Shown: positions 1 to 12,000 of the stretch, piece after piece
Layout: every line of letters begins with the position of its first letter
Numbering within the stretch: the stretch's first letter is position 1
NCBI GenBank assembly: GCA_002811645.1
Contig: PDIP01000145.1
Location: 1-39,128 of the forward strand
DNA length: 39,128 nucleotides
Direction of reading: 5' to 3'
Source: Corallochytrium limacisporum Hawaii
Taxonomy: Eukaryota; Protista; Pluriformea
Notes under the pieces: model-generated
Told to the model about the DNA's origin: nothing
Databases searched by the model: none
The model's input: the letters and a program-made list of their open reading frames with translations, nothing else
Made by a program: the position numbers and the translations under genes

Positions 1-182
1 GGGGAGGGGGGAGGAGGGGCCTGTGCCCAAACACCACCGAAAAGTTCCTCCTTTCGATCAGCACAAAGGGGGGTTTTTGCATTGGTTTCTATAGAGATCC
101 GGGCTTTTACTGTTTCGCCTTCTCTTCTCGCTCTCTGTGGGTCCGGTCCGTTTGGGTTTTGGGGGTGTGCGTTGAGTTTGTG

Positions 183-186
<4 letters not shown>

Positions 187-268
<82 letters not shown>
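187..268. repeat. (TG)n microsatellite
   Basis: Directly visible. Confidence 0.98.
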
Positions 269-270
<2 letters not shown>

Positions 271-2109
271 CCTTTTGGTGCCATCGCTCTTCGGTGTGTG
301 TGCGCGCAGGACGCACAGGGGGGGGGGGGACGTTCTTGTCCTTTTGGCGGCTATTATGTAATCATTTTCATATGGACGTCCTCTTCCGGGCGGGCTGTGG
401 ATTCGCGGGGTTGTCGACCCTGACTGTGTGTGTGTCTGTGTGTGTATGTATGTGTCGTCCGCTATCTCGTTGGGTTGGTGTGCGGTGTGCTCGGTCGAGG
501 TACACGGACCGCCCCGTGGGTTCACGCGGGCGTTTGGGAGTGTAAAGAGAATATTGGACGCCGTGTCCTTTCTCCCCATTCCTCCTCCTTTTCTGCCCAG
601 CCGGAGGGGGGGAAGGAGGGTGGAGAGAAGAGAGGGGAGCGAACCGAAACTCGTGCACCACCACCACCATCACATCTTGTGTCTGGGCGCGCACGTTTCA
701 GTGTGCCTTGGAGCTCATGACCATTTGGTATTGTGTGTGTAGGCTGGATGGTACCGTTTTGGTTTCCTTTTGTTCGGGTTCGTATTACGCGTCGGCACAA
801 CGTTCGGTGTCCCTTACAGGCATCCACAACTTTACATCTGTTCCGCCTCGCATATGCAACTCTCTTTCCCTGATTTGGGGCTGCCATCACCATCACATCC
901 TTCAGACAATCCCACAACGGGGGCTTTCTGCCACCCTTTCTACCTACCATACATACGGGTGGTTCGTACAGTTATATTTGTAACATTTGTACCAATTACA
1001 GGGGCACTCGAGGCGAAGAACAGAGGCAGCGTAGTGCCTCTTCCCTCAAAGCTCACAGAACTGCACACTCTCACAGAAGGAAATCTGCCGTTTGCGCACA
1101 GTGCGCGAAGTCTCCATCAGTGCCCTCGTGTAGCGGCGGTCCACTATGGAGACAAAGAACATCAAACAGCGAACCTAGGACGAAACGTGGAACATAAGGT
1201 ACAGACATCATCACCGCACCTTCGACCAAAGAGATTCTGCACGTTCCTCTGTCCTTGCAGACTGATCAAGTAGAGGAACATATCATGCTGGTATCAGCTC
1301 TGCGAGTGCCAGAGCCCGGCCGAGGGGCCGGTGACTGCTGAGTGTGTGTTGCTGAGATGCGATCGGCGAAAACACGCAACCCACTCCTCTGCCGCCCCAA
1401 CGACACCGGAAGCGGGCCTCTCTCCTCCTCCCCCCCTCCCCCCTCCCCCTTCCCGCCGGGAAGGCCGCGCGGTTGGTTGGGGGGGGGGGGGGAAGGGGCG
1501 CGCCGTCTGACCTCCGTGCGTAGGAAATCAAGCGGACGGAGGGTCGGCGTCAGGCCTAAATCGCAGGGGGAGAGGGGGAGAGGGGGACGGAGGCGTTGGT
1601 TCGCCTTCTTTTCTACCCAGGGAGACAAAGGGGTCACCGAAGGGAGAGACATCCCTCCGGGTCATTTTGGGTTTGCTGCTTACCCTGCGCATTGGACCTT
1701 TCAGCCACGCAAGCGGAAGGGGAAAGGAGCAAATGAAGGACGTTGAAACGATGGAAGGTATCCTATTCGTACGCAGCGCATCCGCTTTGCCCATCGGTCG
1801 TCGGTTGCAGCCCAACGTTGCGATTTCCCACCGTGCGTTGGCCACAAATCGATTTGGGGCCGTGTGCCTGTTACATTGTCCTGGTCTCTCCGGGTCTAAA
1901 ATAGTAACGGGTATCAGCGGAAGTTTGCAGGCGTCTGATATCACAAACGCCCACAGGATCTTGACACAAACGGGTATATAAGGACGATCAGAGCCCGTGA
2001 CCTTCGTAGCAGGATCTAGAAGGAGCATGAACTGTTTGTGAGGCAACTCTTGTGTGTGTATACGTGTGTGGCGTTGTGTGACAGGTTCAGATAACAACGT
2101 CTTGGATTG

Positions 2110-2120
2110 TATAAAAAAAG
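2110..2120 (+). promoter_or_regulatory. Possible TATA box upstream of the LPMO gene
   Basis: TATAAAAAAAG about 95 nt upstream of ATG 2208. Motif match only. Confidence 0.3.
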
Positions 2121-2207
2121 TTGTCCCATTTGTATTAGTGTGTACATATCGTGTGACCAAAAGACCTTGCAGATCTAGTCTAAGGCAGAGAGTCCCAAGA
2201 AACAATC

Positions 2208-3662
2208 ATGAAGTCTCCTGCTTTCTTGGCCGCTACCGTGGCGTTGATTGCCCCACTCCAAGTTCTGGGCCACGGCTACCCCACTTTCCCTCAGGCTCGC
2301 CAGAATGTTTGTTATGAAGATGGTGGCTTTTGGCAGGGTATCAACAGCATCCCGAATGAGGGCTGCCGTGCCATTTTCGCGGAGTCTGGTACGTACCCGT
2401 TCCAGCAGCAGAACGAATTCGCTGCCCTGGTCGCAGACTACACCAACCAGGCCGCCGTTGAGGCAGCAGTGCCTGACGGTACCCTCTGCTCTGGCGGTGA
2501 CTCCCGCAAGTCTGGTGTATCTGTGGCCTCCCAATACTGGCAGCGAACCCCTATGACCTCTGGACAGACCTACACGTTCTACTACCTCGGCACCGCTCCC
2601 CACGAGCCTTCCCACTGGAAGATCTACCTCTCCAAACCCGAGTACAACGCCGCCAGCACTCGCCTCGGCTGGGACGACGTTGAGTTGATCGCCGAGTTCC
2701 CTAACATCCATTCCCAGCCCCTGAACGGAGGCTCTTACTTCCTTATGGATGTCACTTTGCCCGCAGGCCGCAGCGGTGAGGCCACCGTATTCATTCGCTG
2801 GCAGCGCGATGACCCCGTCGGAGAGGGCTTCTACACCTGCTCTGACATTGTCTTCGATGGCACCTCCCCGCCTCCAACCACTACTGACGAGCCCACCTCG
2901 ACTGATGAGCCTGAGCCCACAAGCACCACTCCACCGGTTCCGAATGTCGATGTGTCCGGCATTGAGGACAGCTACGATCTTGATCCCGACACTAATCAAT
3001 CACCGATTTCTGTCACTATGAGCTCTGCTGGTAGCCACGACGTGCGGGTCGCGTTGTTGGATGGCGGCAACCAGGTCGACGAGGATTCCGGATTTGTCGA
3101 CAACTCTTCTGCGACACTTACCGTGATTGCCACATCGACTGGTACCTACACTGTCCGCGCATTTGCCGATGAGGTTCAGGTTGCTGAAGAGACTGTTGAG
3201 GTCGTGGCTGCTCCACCGACCACCACCGAAGAACCGACCACCACCGAGGATCCCACCACCACCGAGGATCCCACCACCACCGAGGATCCCACCACCACCG
3301 AGGATCCCACCACCACTGAGGACCCCACCACCACTGAGGACCCCACCACCACCGAGGACCCCACCACCACCGAGGACCCCACCACCACCGAGGACCCCAC
3401 CACCACCGAGGACCCCACCACCACCGAGGACCCCACCACCACCGAGGACCCCACCACCACTGGTCCCCCACCTGGCGCAGATTACGTCTACCCTGATGGA
3501 ATCGGCACCTACCGTATTGGCCGCACGGTTGTCCAGGGCTGTGATGGCGAGCTCTACCGCTGCAAGCCCTGGCCTTATGGTGGTTGGTGCAACATCCGCT
3601 CCAAGCTCTACTACGAGCCCGGTTGTGGCCTGGCCTGGAACGATTGCTGGATCCGCCTCTAA
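2208..3662 (+). CDS. Secreted AA10 lytic polysaccharide monooxygenase (fusolin/spindolin-like), with Ig-like middle domain, PTTTED linker and C-terminal GbpA-D4/CBM73-like chitin-binding module
   Basis: 484-aa uninterrupted ORF with A-rich ATG context. The signal peptide ends directly before His1 (VLG|HGYPTFPQARQNVC). The second brace His lies in TAPHEPSHW, and the AA10 C-terminal motif RWQRDDPVGEGFYTCSDI is present. The C-terminus YVYPDGIGTY..G..V...DG..YRCKPWPYGGWC....YEPG.G.AW..W matches GbpA domain 4/CBM73 as recalled. Confidence 0.93.
   Translation: MKSPAFLAATVALIAPLQVLGHGYPTFPQARQNVCYEDGGFWQGINSIPNEGCRAIFAESGTYPFQQQNEFAALVADYTNQAAVEAAVPDGTLCSGGDSRKSGVSVASQYWQRTPMTSGQTYTFYYLGTAPHEPSHWKIYLSKPEYNAASTRLGWDDVELIAEFPNIHSQPLNGGSYFLMDVTLPAGRSGEATVFIRWQRDDPVGEGFYTCSDIVFDGTSPPPTTTDEPTSTDEPEPTSTTPPVPNVDVSGIEDSYDLDPDTNQSPISVTMSSAGSHDVRVALLDGGNQVDEDSGFVDNSSATLTVIATSTGTYTVRAFADEVQVAEETVEVVAAPPTTTEEPTTTEDPTTTEDPTTTEDPTTTEDPTTTEDPTTTEDPTTTEDPTTTEDPTTTEDPTTTEDPTTTEDPTTTEDPTTTGPPPGADYVYPDGIGTYRIGRTVVQGCDGELYRCKPWPYGGWCNIRSKLYYEPGCGLAWNDCWIRL
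3216..3461 (+). repeat. Coding minisatellite: 13 x 18-bp units (1 x PTTTEE + 12 x PTTTED) encoding a mucin-like linker
   Basis: Unit ACCACCACCGAGGAYCCC is directly visible, with synonymous variants arranged in blocks. Confidence 0.95.
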
Positions 3663-4523
3663 GAAAAAAAAGAAAGGTGGGGGAGTGACCCGAAAGGTCG
3701 CCCTCGCTCACGTCTCCTTCTCGAGTCTTTCACCAGCTATCCATCTACCACCATAGTAGTATGGACTGGGAATCCCGACCATTTACTCCTGAATCAGTTT
3801 TACAAGACTGAGAGACGCAGACTTGTAAAACCAACCCAACGTAACCCCGAAGTAAACCTATAAGAAAGTGAGAATTCTCACCTACTAAACCACCACCCAC
3901 CCGTGGGTTCCTTGTCCCCCATCATCATACACGGTGATGATAATGAAATCCCGAGTTTGCCGGTGGGGTTCCATGCCCCCTCCCTCGTCTCTTCCATCTC
4001 CTCCGACCCCGGACTTGGTCCCGCCCCTTTCTGCCCCCTTTGTCAAAACCCCACGATCGCGAATTAACCACCACCGTAGCCGGGCCAGCAAGTGACCAAC
4101 TAAGGGATTCTTAGGTGGGGGCTGAAATCATCGGGCGCCGGATGGTGTTGTATTCAAAAAAAGATCAGAAAAAAAAAGGAGAAAAAATCAGAGAGTCCTC
4201 CGCGGGGGAAAGGAAGGAAAGGAGGGGGGTAGTATTCTTTCCTGTGTGTGTGTGTGTGTGTGTATTTTCTGTGCGAGAAAAGTATAAAGCTTAGGCACCC
4301 AAAAAAAAAGGAGGGGTACGAAGAAAGAGAGAAAGAAAAGAAGGAGAGAGATAAAAAAATAGAGGGGGGTTCAATAAAATCACGGGGGAGGGCCAAAATT
4401 CCTCTTTCTCTCCACTCATTCGCTGTTTTCTACTCTTTCTAATCATTCCAATTTTTATTTTCTCGGCCGTGCTTTGCCCGCTGGCCCCTTCCCTCTCCCC
4501 CTCTCTCTCTCCCCATCTCCCCT

Positions 4524-4529
<6 letters not shown>

Positions 4530-4597
<68 letters not shown>
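4530..4597. repeat. (CT)n microsatellite in a pyrimidine tract
   Basis: Directly visible. Confidence 0.97.
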
Positions 4598-4600
<3 letters not shown>

Positions 4601-5490
4601 TGTGTTATTTTGTACTTCTCCGTTTTTTGGTCCCCCTCCCGCCCCGCCACCACCCGCACACACCTGCCCACCCACCCCGCCATTATCCGCGGCGCCGGCT
4701 TTGTGGGGGGGGGGTTGTGAGCCGGCCGTGCCAGCCAAAGTAGCCCAGATTACCCCGGATCGGTATAAAAATAGAACCCGGGACTTTCCCATAAATATAG
4801 GCCCCGGATTATGATGAGTTCGGGGGGGGGGGAGCGAGAGGGGACCAGCGACGGGTTTGCACCTCACAGTCGATTTCCGCGTGTCCCGTTTATTGATCAA
4901 TTTATGGCCCGAAATCTGCACGGCTCCGGATATTCCACCGTATTCTCAACCCGAATACGCCAAGGGTAATCTGCGGTGCTGAATGTACCAGAAAGGGTCC
5001 CCCGCTCCGGGGCAAATATTCGAGGCGCACCAAAGTTATTTCCCCACCCCGTATTCGCAACGCCGAGAAATCCTTAGTATGCGCGGACGGTTCTGGACCT
5101 CTTGATTATCAGCCACCCATACTAAACATATTGATACTCTCCAGATTGAATTCTCGATTTACCCCAACGCTGGTGATCAGCGATTTTCGGCCGCAAACCG
5201 GCACGCCTCGGTCCTTTTTGATGGCCGGGTCAATAGTAAATGTACGGTCCGAGTGATATGATAAATCGGTGGTTGTGAGGGAAAAGGAGAAAAAAAAAGG
5301 GGGGGGGCCTCTTCCCTCACTCTGCTCCTCCCGGTCAAATGAAAATTTGATGAGATCCCGGCAAAATGAATGAGTATCCCAGAGACCGCAGGTCCCCACA
5401 GCAGGAAATGAACAGTTGGGAAATCGTGCCTCGCCTCCTCTCCTTTTTTTTTAAACTCCTGGTCGGGGCTTTTTGGGGTGGGGGGGGGGG

Positions 5491-6467
5491 NNNNNNNNNN
5501 NNNNNNNNNNNNNNNNNNNNNNNNNNNNNNNNNNNNNNNNNNNNNNNNNNNNNNNNNNNNNNNNNNNNNNNNNNNNNNNNNNNNNNNNNNNNNNNNNNNN
5601 NNNNNNNNNNNNNNNNNNNNNNNNNNNNNNNNNNNNNNNNNNNNNNNNNNNNNNNNNNNNNNNNNNNNNNNNNNNNNNNNNNNNNNNNNNNNNNNNNNNN
5701 NNNNNNNNNNNNNNNNNNNNNNNNNNNNNNNNNNNNNNNNNNNNNNNNNNNNNNNNNNNNNNNNNNNNNNNNNNNNNNNNNNNNNNNNNNNNNNNNNNNN
5801 NNNNNNNNNNNNNNNNNNNNNNNNNNNNNNNNNNNNNNNNNNNNNNNNNNNNNNNNNNNNNNNNNNNNNNNNNNNNNNNNNNNNNNNNNNNNNNNNNNNN
5901 NNNNNNNNNNNNNNNNNNNNNNNNNNNNNNNNNNNNNNNNNNNNNNNNNNNNNNNNNNNNNNNNNNNNNNNNNNNNNNNNNNNNNNNNNNNNNNNNNNNN
6001 NNNNNNNNNNNNNNNNNNNNNNNNNNNNNNNNNNNNNNNNNNNNNNNNNNNNNNNNNNNNNNNNNNNNNNNNNNNNNNNNNNNNNNNNNNNNNNNNNNNN
6101 NNNNNNNNNNNNNNNNNNNNNNNNNNNNNNNNNNNNNNNNNNNNNNNNNNNNNNNNNNNNNNNNNNNNNNNNNNNNNNNNNNNNNNNNNNNNNNNNNNNN
6201 NNNNNNNNNNNNNNNNNNNNNNNNNNNNNNNNNNNNNNNNNNNNNNNNNNNNNNNNNNNNNNNNNNNNNNNNNNNNNNNNNNNNNNNNNNNNNNNNNNNN
6301 NNNNNNNNNNNNNNNNNNNNNNNNNNNNNNNNNNNNNNNNNNNNNNNNNNNNNNNNNNNNNNNNNNNNNNNNNNNNNNNNNNNNNNNNNNNNNNNNNNNN
6401 NNNNNNNNNNNNNNNNNNNNNNNNNNNNNNNNNNNNNNNNNNNNNNNNNNNNNNNNNNNNNNNNNNN
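5491..6467. other. Assembly gap (N run) flanked by poly-G
   Basis: 977 Ns. Confidence 1.
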
Positions 6468-7116
6468 GGGGGGGCCAAAGGAAAATATACCCCGCCGTCC
6501 GGGAATTAAGAAAAAATCTTCTTGAAAAATGCGATGAAAACCTAGGGGCTAGGGATGGTAGCCCCGACCCCGGACCCTTGCTGTTGATTACGTGTTGCAG
6601 GAGTGCGAAAGTTGAGAGAAATTGCCATCCGGAAACTATGGGAAGGGTCTCTGGGCTGCTCGGATGGGTCCAGTTGTTTAACATAGGCTTAGGTGTCCTT
6701 TGGGAATGCATATACAGATCCCCGTGGTGATTCGGGCTGTCAATTGGCAAAATCTGTTTGTAACAGGGTGCAGATCAGCGCTTTCCAAGCCACCGGGCCC
6801 TGCAGATGCCTTCCTGGCTCACTACCGCATACTCTGCTCGCGCGCAAACGACAAGAAGGTAAGCTTCTGTCGTCATCAACATCTCCGTACTAGTGAAGGG
6901 TAACTGCATGACTGTCTATTATAGGTCGTGAAGTTGGTATGATCTGTGAGTGAGGTAGCAGTAGATGAGTAGGTGTATACCTTTGACGACGCAAACTGTA
7001 CTGATCAGCAGGTAGACAAGGCACACCTCTGAAGATCGAACAAGACCTTGAGAAGATCGTGATCAAGCCCTAGTCTGAGGACCGAACAACCTCCAGTCTA
7101 TCTGAACTAAAAGAAA

Positions 7117-8037
7117 ATGGCACCCAACGCAGAAACCAACCCTGTGGTCGCTCCTACGATCAAAGACCATTGCCGCCACAAGCTCTACCAGGTGGAGAAG
7201 GGTGAGTCCTGGAAGCCTGCCACCAGCAAGAACGATAATGGTGCGTGCACTGTGGTGGATGAAGTCCGAAACAACCAGGCAGAGTGGTGGGCCAGGATTC
7301 TCTTCCCACACGAGTCCTTCCGTATGGATGCCTGTGTCATTTTGGACCTCCTCGACCGAAAGTACGTCAAGGGAACTCAGCCGTGGAAGATGGACTACTT
7401 CTGCAAGTACTGGATGGATTTCTACTCTCCCAGCATTAAGGATCACCACGACAATGAGGAATTGCTTTACATGCCGTACATAAACAATCTGCCTGGCTGC
7501 CATATCGAAGACAAGGTCAGCGCGGACCACGAGGAGATCATGAAGCTGATGGGTAAGGTCAATGAAGCCGTCACGGAGTGGCAGACTGGCAAGGTTGATC
7601 GCAACAGTGAGGTGGAGGTTGAAAATTTTGTCTTTGAGCGTCTACTACCCGCCATGCAAACCTATCAGCATGAAATGCTGGAACACATCGCCGAGGAAGA
7701 GAGCACATACCCAAGAATGGTCCGTGACCACGGCACCGAGAAAAGCGAACAAGCTGTAATCGATCAGATTATCAAGCGCGGAGGCCTCAGCGCCCCTGGT
7801 AATGCTCTGGAATTACCGTGGTTCCTGGACGCCATGGTCCGTTGGGCTGGTCCAGAGGCCACGGAAGAGTTCCGCAAGGAAAGCATCCCAGCACCTGTCC
7901 GCATGCTCAACGACAATTTCTGGGCACCGAACTATCGTAACTACTGGCGGCCTCTGCTGTTCAGTCTGGCTCTCGATGAGGATCCCAAGCTGTCCTTGAA
8001 TTCACCCCGCACGTACGGAATGTGCAATATTCTTTAA
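7117..8037 (+). CDS. Hemerythrin-like (HHE) di-iron domain protein with C-terminal CaaX motif (CNIL)
   Basis: 306-aa ORF with ATG context AAAAGAAA-ATG-G. Helical H/E ligand pattern: PHESFR, DHHDNEEELLYMP, ADHEEI, EHIAEEE..YP. Ends ...GMCNIL-stop. Confidence 0.8.
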   Translation: MAPNAETNPVVAPTIKDHCRHKLYQVEKGESWKPATSKNDNGACTVVDEVRNNQAEWWARILFPHESFRMDACVILDLLDRKYVKGTQPWKMDYFCKYWMDFYSPSIKDHHDNEELLYMPYINNLPGCHIEDKVSADHEEIMKLMGKVNEAVTEWQTGKVDRNSEVEVENFVFERLLPAMQTYQHEMLEHIAEEESTYPRMVRDHGTEKSEQAVIDQIIKRGGLSAPGNALELPWFLDAMVRWAGPEATEEFRKESIPAPVRMLNDNFWAPNYRNYWRPLLFSLALDEDPKLSLNSPRTYGMCNIL

Positions 8038-8957
8038 ATCTGGGATACGATCAATTTCGGGAACCCCACATGCACGGACGCTTGTTGGCCACCGTCGTTG
8101 GGACCAGTGGTTGATTGTCTGCTGCCTTTCCAGCGGTATCTAATCCCCCTTTGCTAAGCGTGTTTGGGACAAAATCTATCATAACATAGTGGTACATAAG
8201 TGCACATAAACACTGGTTCATAAGCCATTTTTCAACGACGACGGCGGTAAGGTAGAAGGATCCGATCAATTGTGACATACGGTTGCGTGCGCCCGGATCA
8301 TCCCCACCAAATTGGGAGTCCAGTTTGAGGGAGGTGGCATTGCCGCGGGGGCGGAGGGGGGCCAATAAATGCGCAGATCTTCATTGATTAACATATCCTT
8401 ATCATGTTAAACGCTTCTCAGAAGCGTCGGTCGCGTCAGCACAGCTGCGTTCCAATGTCGGTCGTATTCAATGTCCCCATCTAATTTACATGGCAAAGCT
8501 CACGGTTTGCGTTGTCATCCCTGCGTCGGTCGTCGTTCGAATCCAATTTGCATGAATTCCCCAGGGCGACCGACCTGATCTGCTGCGGAACGTGACACCT
8601 AAGACGTCCCGTTTCAATTCCAATGTTCGGGATTGGCACATTGTTGAATCAGCATGCAACCGTGCAATACACGCAAAACGATATGCGCCATGCTAGGGAA
8701 CAAGAAACGCACTGTCCCCGAGCGGGATATTGCTGCCCAAAGTCCCAATGTAGATCTGGTATCTTACCTTCGTCATCTGGTTTCGGCCTGGCTTGACGGC
8801 ACAGCACATCTTCAAGCGTTGGACTTTCCCCACACGTACTGTGTTTCTCAATCATAGAAAACATTGAGGCGCCTGGACGTAACGTGTCCTACGGGCGGTG
8901 TCCACCGTTCCACGCTCTCGCGCTGGTGTCCACTGTACTGTGCGCTATTCTTCTCGC

Positions 8958-8958
<1 letters not shown>

Positions 8959-9009
<51 letters not shown>
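8959..9009. repeat. (GT)n microsatellite
   Basis: Directly visible. Confidence 0.98.
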
Positions 9010-9012
<3 letters not shown>

Positions 9013-12000
9013 GTCTCACTCTCTACCTTCTGCGTTATTGTCATCTTTCCTCGCTCCCGTGCCTGTGACGTACGGACGGACAGCGTAGTCCCCCGGGTCA
9101 GACCTCGTCGCGCCGTCTCCGGTCCTTACGCATTTGTCCAAGCCCCACCCGTTACCGCCCCAATCTGCCCCTCGTGCCTTCTTTTGGTAAACCACATCGT
9201 CCACAGTAGTGAGTGTACCGGGATTTTAGAGCTGAAGTATGGGAAGGGGGGGGGGGGCCGGGGCTTCCGTGCCCCGGCTCATGGTCTTTGAGACCACTAT
9301 CGCAGAGCCGCTCTCTTGAGTTGTCACAAGGAGGTATTGTTTGTTCCTGGATGACTGTTGTGCAAACAATGTGTGGTGTTGGAAAGGATGACAGGGATGA
9401 GTTGCTGATCATGGGACTAGAAACTTTTGAATCTTTCCTTTCTGGCACAGGGCTTCATCAACCAGTGGGATGTACGGTGCGAGATGGTCCCCAAGGGGTA
9501 TGCTACCAACAACGGACATTGCAGTGGAACACATGGAGTACTACGCCGACGAAGGAAGGGCTGCAAGGGGAACTGCTTGTTCATTGGGAAACAACGCACT
9601 TGTACCATGTCCTCGGCTTTTGCTCTTCCAAAGTCCCCGTGCTTGCTGCACTAGGACCCCAGAATAGTGCAGGTGAGGGGGCTGTCCGTCGCATTTTGAC
9701 GTAACGCCACGACAACTAATGGTCACAATGGTTCCCCCGTGGACGCTTTCACTGCGCACGCACTTGGATTCTATTCTGAGACAACTGGGATTCTAACGAC
9801 GATTCCCTCGTAGCTGTGAACCCACCGCACCCCTCCACACGAAATAAAGGCCCCAGGGACTTTGTCATCTACTCTATATGTGTGTATCATTTCTGAAGTC
9901 AAACAAAACCATTGAGAATTCACTGGACAGAAGACTTGGCATGTGTCGCATGAGCACAAATCCAAGTGTTTTATTAGAATGCTTTGTACAGCATGATCGT
10001 CACTTAGGCCATCGTTGGGTCCTCTGGTGATTCATGGATGGATCCTCGTATAACGATGACGATAGACCTGGGGATTCAAGACTTGCATGCCGTATGTACA
10101 TGCGTAATTCGGCGCATCTGGTCGGTTTCTTGTAGTGAGTGATTTGTGTTCCAGCGCTAGAGCACGGCTGTGGTGGCGGCCAGGAATGTTCGGAAGCAAG
10201 GGGAAATATTCTATGGTTCCATCGGAGCCCTTGTCAACAAAGAGAGGAGATTCATTGTCTTGGGAACTCAACTAGCAAAGAACTCAAGGGAACCGAAAGG
10301 GATCTTCGAGAACGTTGGTGTATAACCGGGAATCATCATGACTGATTGGAAGAACCCGGGAGATTGACTAGTCTTGCAGATCGAACTCTGAGTGGCTTTT
10401 GCGAGATCGTGGTGCTGTTCATCAAACACTGTGGCATCTCATGTCATGCGTTGAGCACTCTTTTTGATATCAAGTGGAGGCATTGACCACGACTGTTGAC
10501 GTAAGGAACACGTACCCACCACAATCATGCACATCACTTGTCCTCACATCTATCGCCACGCCAATCGCAGCTAAACCGCCGGTTCACAACAACCCGGTTT
10601 GGTGCGAGTGCACACTGCCGACCGCGCGTCCTCTCGCTATCTTGTGTCAAGGTCACTGTGATTGTTTGTTTGTTATTTCGATACCCGACACCGCCGCACG
10701 CGTCCAACCGCCAAAAACAACCCACACACCACACACACAAAGGAAGACAACCAAATGTGTGTGTGTGTCGGAAACAGGGGCGGCGGTACCCAAATGCCCC
10801 AGAAAAGTGTCATTCTCATCTCCCCGTTCCCGCTCCCACCACCTGCCTTGAAAAGGAAATCTGTGAAGCGCTGGCGGCAGGAAGGGTTCCGCTGTTTCTG
10901 TGCCTTTGAATTTGGCACTTTGAGTTTTGTTTGTGAGTACCTTGGCTAACAGGAATACGATGAGGATGATCCAGAGCACGGTTCAAGAAACCTAACCACT
11001 TGGTGATGTTTCGGCCATGGACCTTAGGTTGCTGTGCGCGACGAAACAAAAGCTTTCCAAAGACAAACACCGGCACTGGACCCGTCGTCGAACGACGACG
11101 TGCCACCCGCACTCCGCGGCGGCCAGGATAGCCATTCAACCCTTCTCCCGCTCGGGGCTTTAATATATTTTGTATGGGGAAGTACAGTGCGAAATAACTC
11201 TACCGCTGCGGGCTAGGAAGGCGGTGCGAGGGAGGAGGAGGACGGAAGGAAGGAAAGACGACCGGGTTCCTCGGGTGCCGTGTCCGCTTTCCCGCGATGA
11301 AAAGCGGAAAGTTGCAAACGGGAAAGCAGTACAAATATGAAGCAACCAGAACTGGGACATGCACGATGGATGGCACAGAAAATTGGTTGGGGAAAACGAC
11401 GGATCCCCTGACAAAACATACCGTGCTGTGCTTGACATCTCCCCGCTTATCCACTCCCACTCCCCGTCTGACCACCACTAGTTCTCTCGCCCGCCCCCTT
11501 CATTTACTATGGGCCCCGCCCACAGTCCGTTTTCTTTTCTCAGCGGCCGGAGGCCTCGGCAAGGCTGGAGCTCTGCGTTTCAAAGCTGCTCTCTGTGCAT
11601 GCTACGATGTCTCCAATACAATCCATGTCAATAGGAAACTGAACATAACCCCCATGGTAGTGGGGTGGTGGGATGATCTTGGTGACGAAGATCGTGAATG
11701 TGGGATATTGGGTACTAGTATAAGTATTTGTACATATGCAATCTGATCACCAAACCCAAACCCCCCCCCCTTCCCCCAAACCCCCCAAACTTAGTCTGTG
11801 ACCGAGCACTTGACTATGGAGCGTTGGGCGTATTTAGACCGGTGAGGCGGGTGGTGTGATTTGTGCGTAGGGAGTGATAAGGAAATGAGAGAGCGGACAA
11901 ATGGAGAGTAAAGGGAACATTGACTTGGGAAGCGGAAGGCCTATAGATGACGGAGCGATCTCGCCGTACTAATCTTTTGTACAATGATTTCGGATCAGTA

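Noticed and set aside
58-742. HT/CV repeat ORFs (also the RE/LS ORFs at 4.3-4.9 kb and 34.2-35.8 kb)
   Set aside because: Translations of dinucleotide microsatellites.
3118-3756. WWWGPR and PPPRT alternative-frame ORFs; possible CRISPR-like array
   Set aside because: Other frames of the 18-bp coding repeat; there are no unique spacers.
5177-6750. Long ORFs of 340-470 aa
   Set aside because: Artefacts of translating the N gap.
9300-9700. Faint resemblance to a mariner transposase segment (EMVPKGYATN...VLRRR)
   Set aside because: No DD34D or YSPDL motifs and no terminal inverted repeats; similarity too weak to call.
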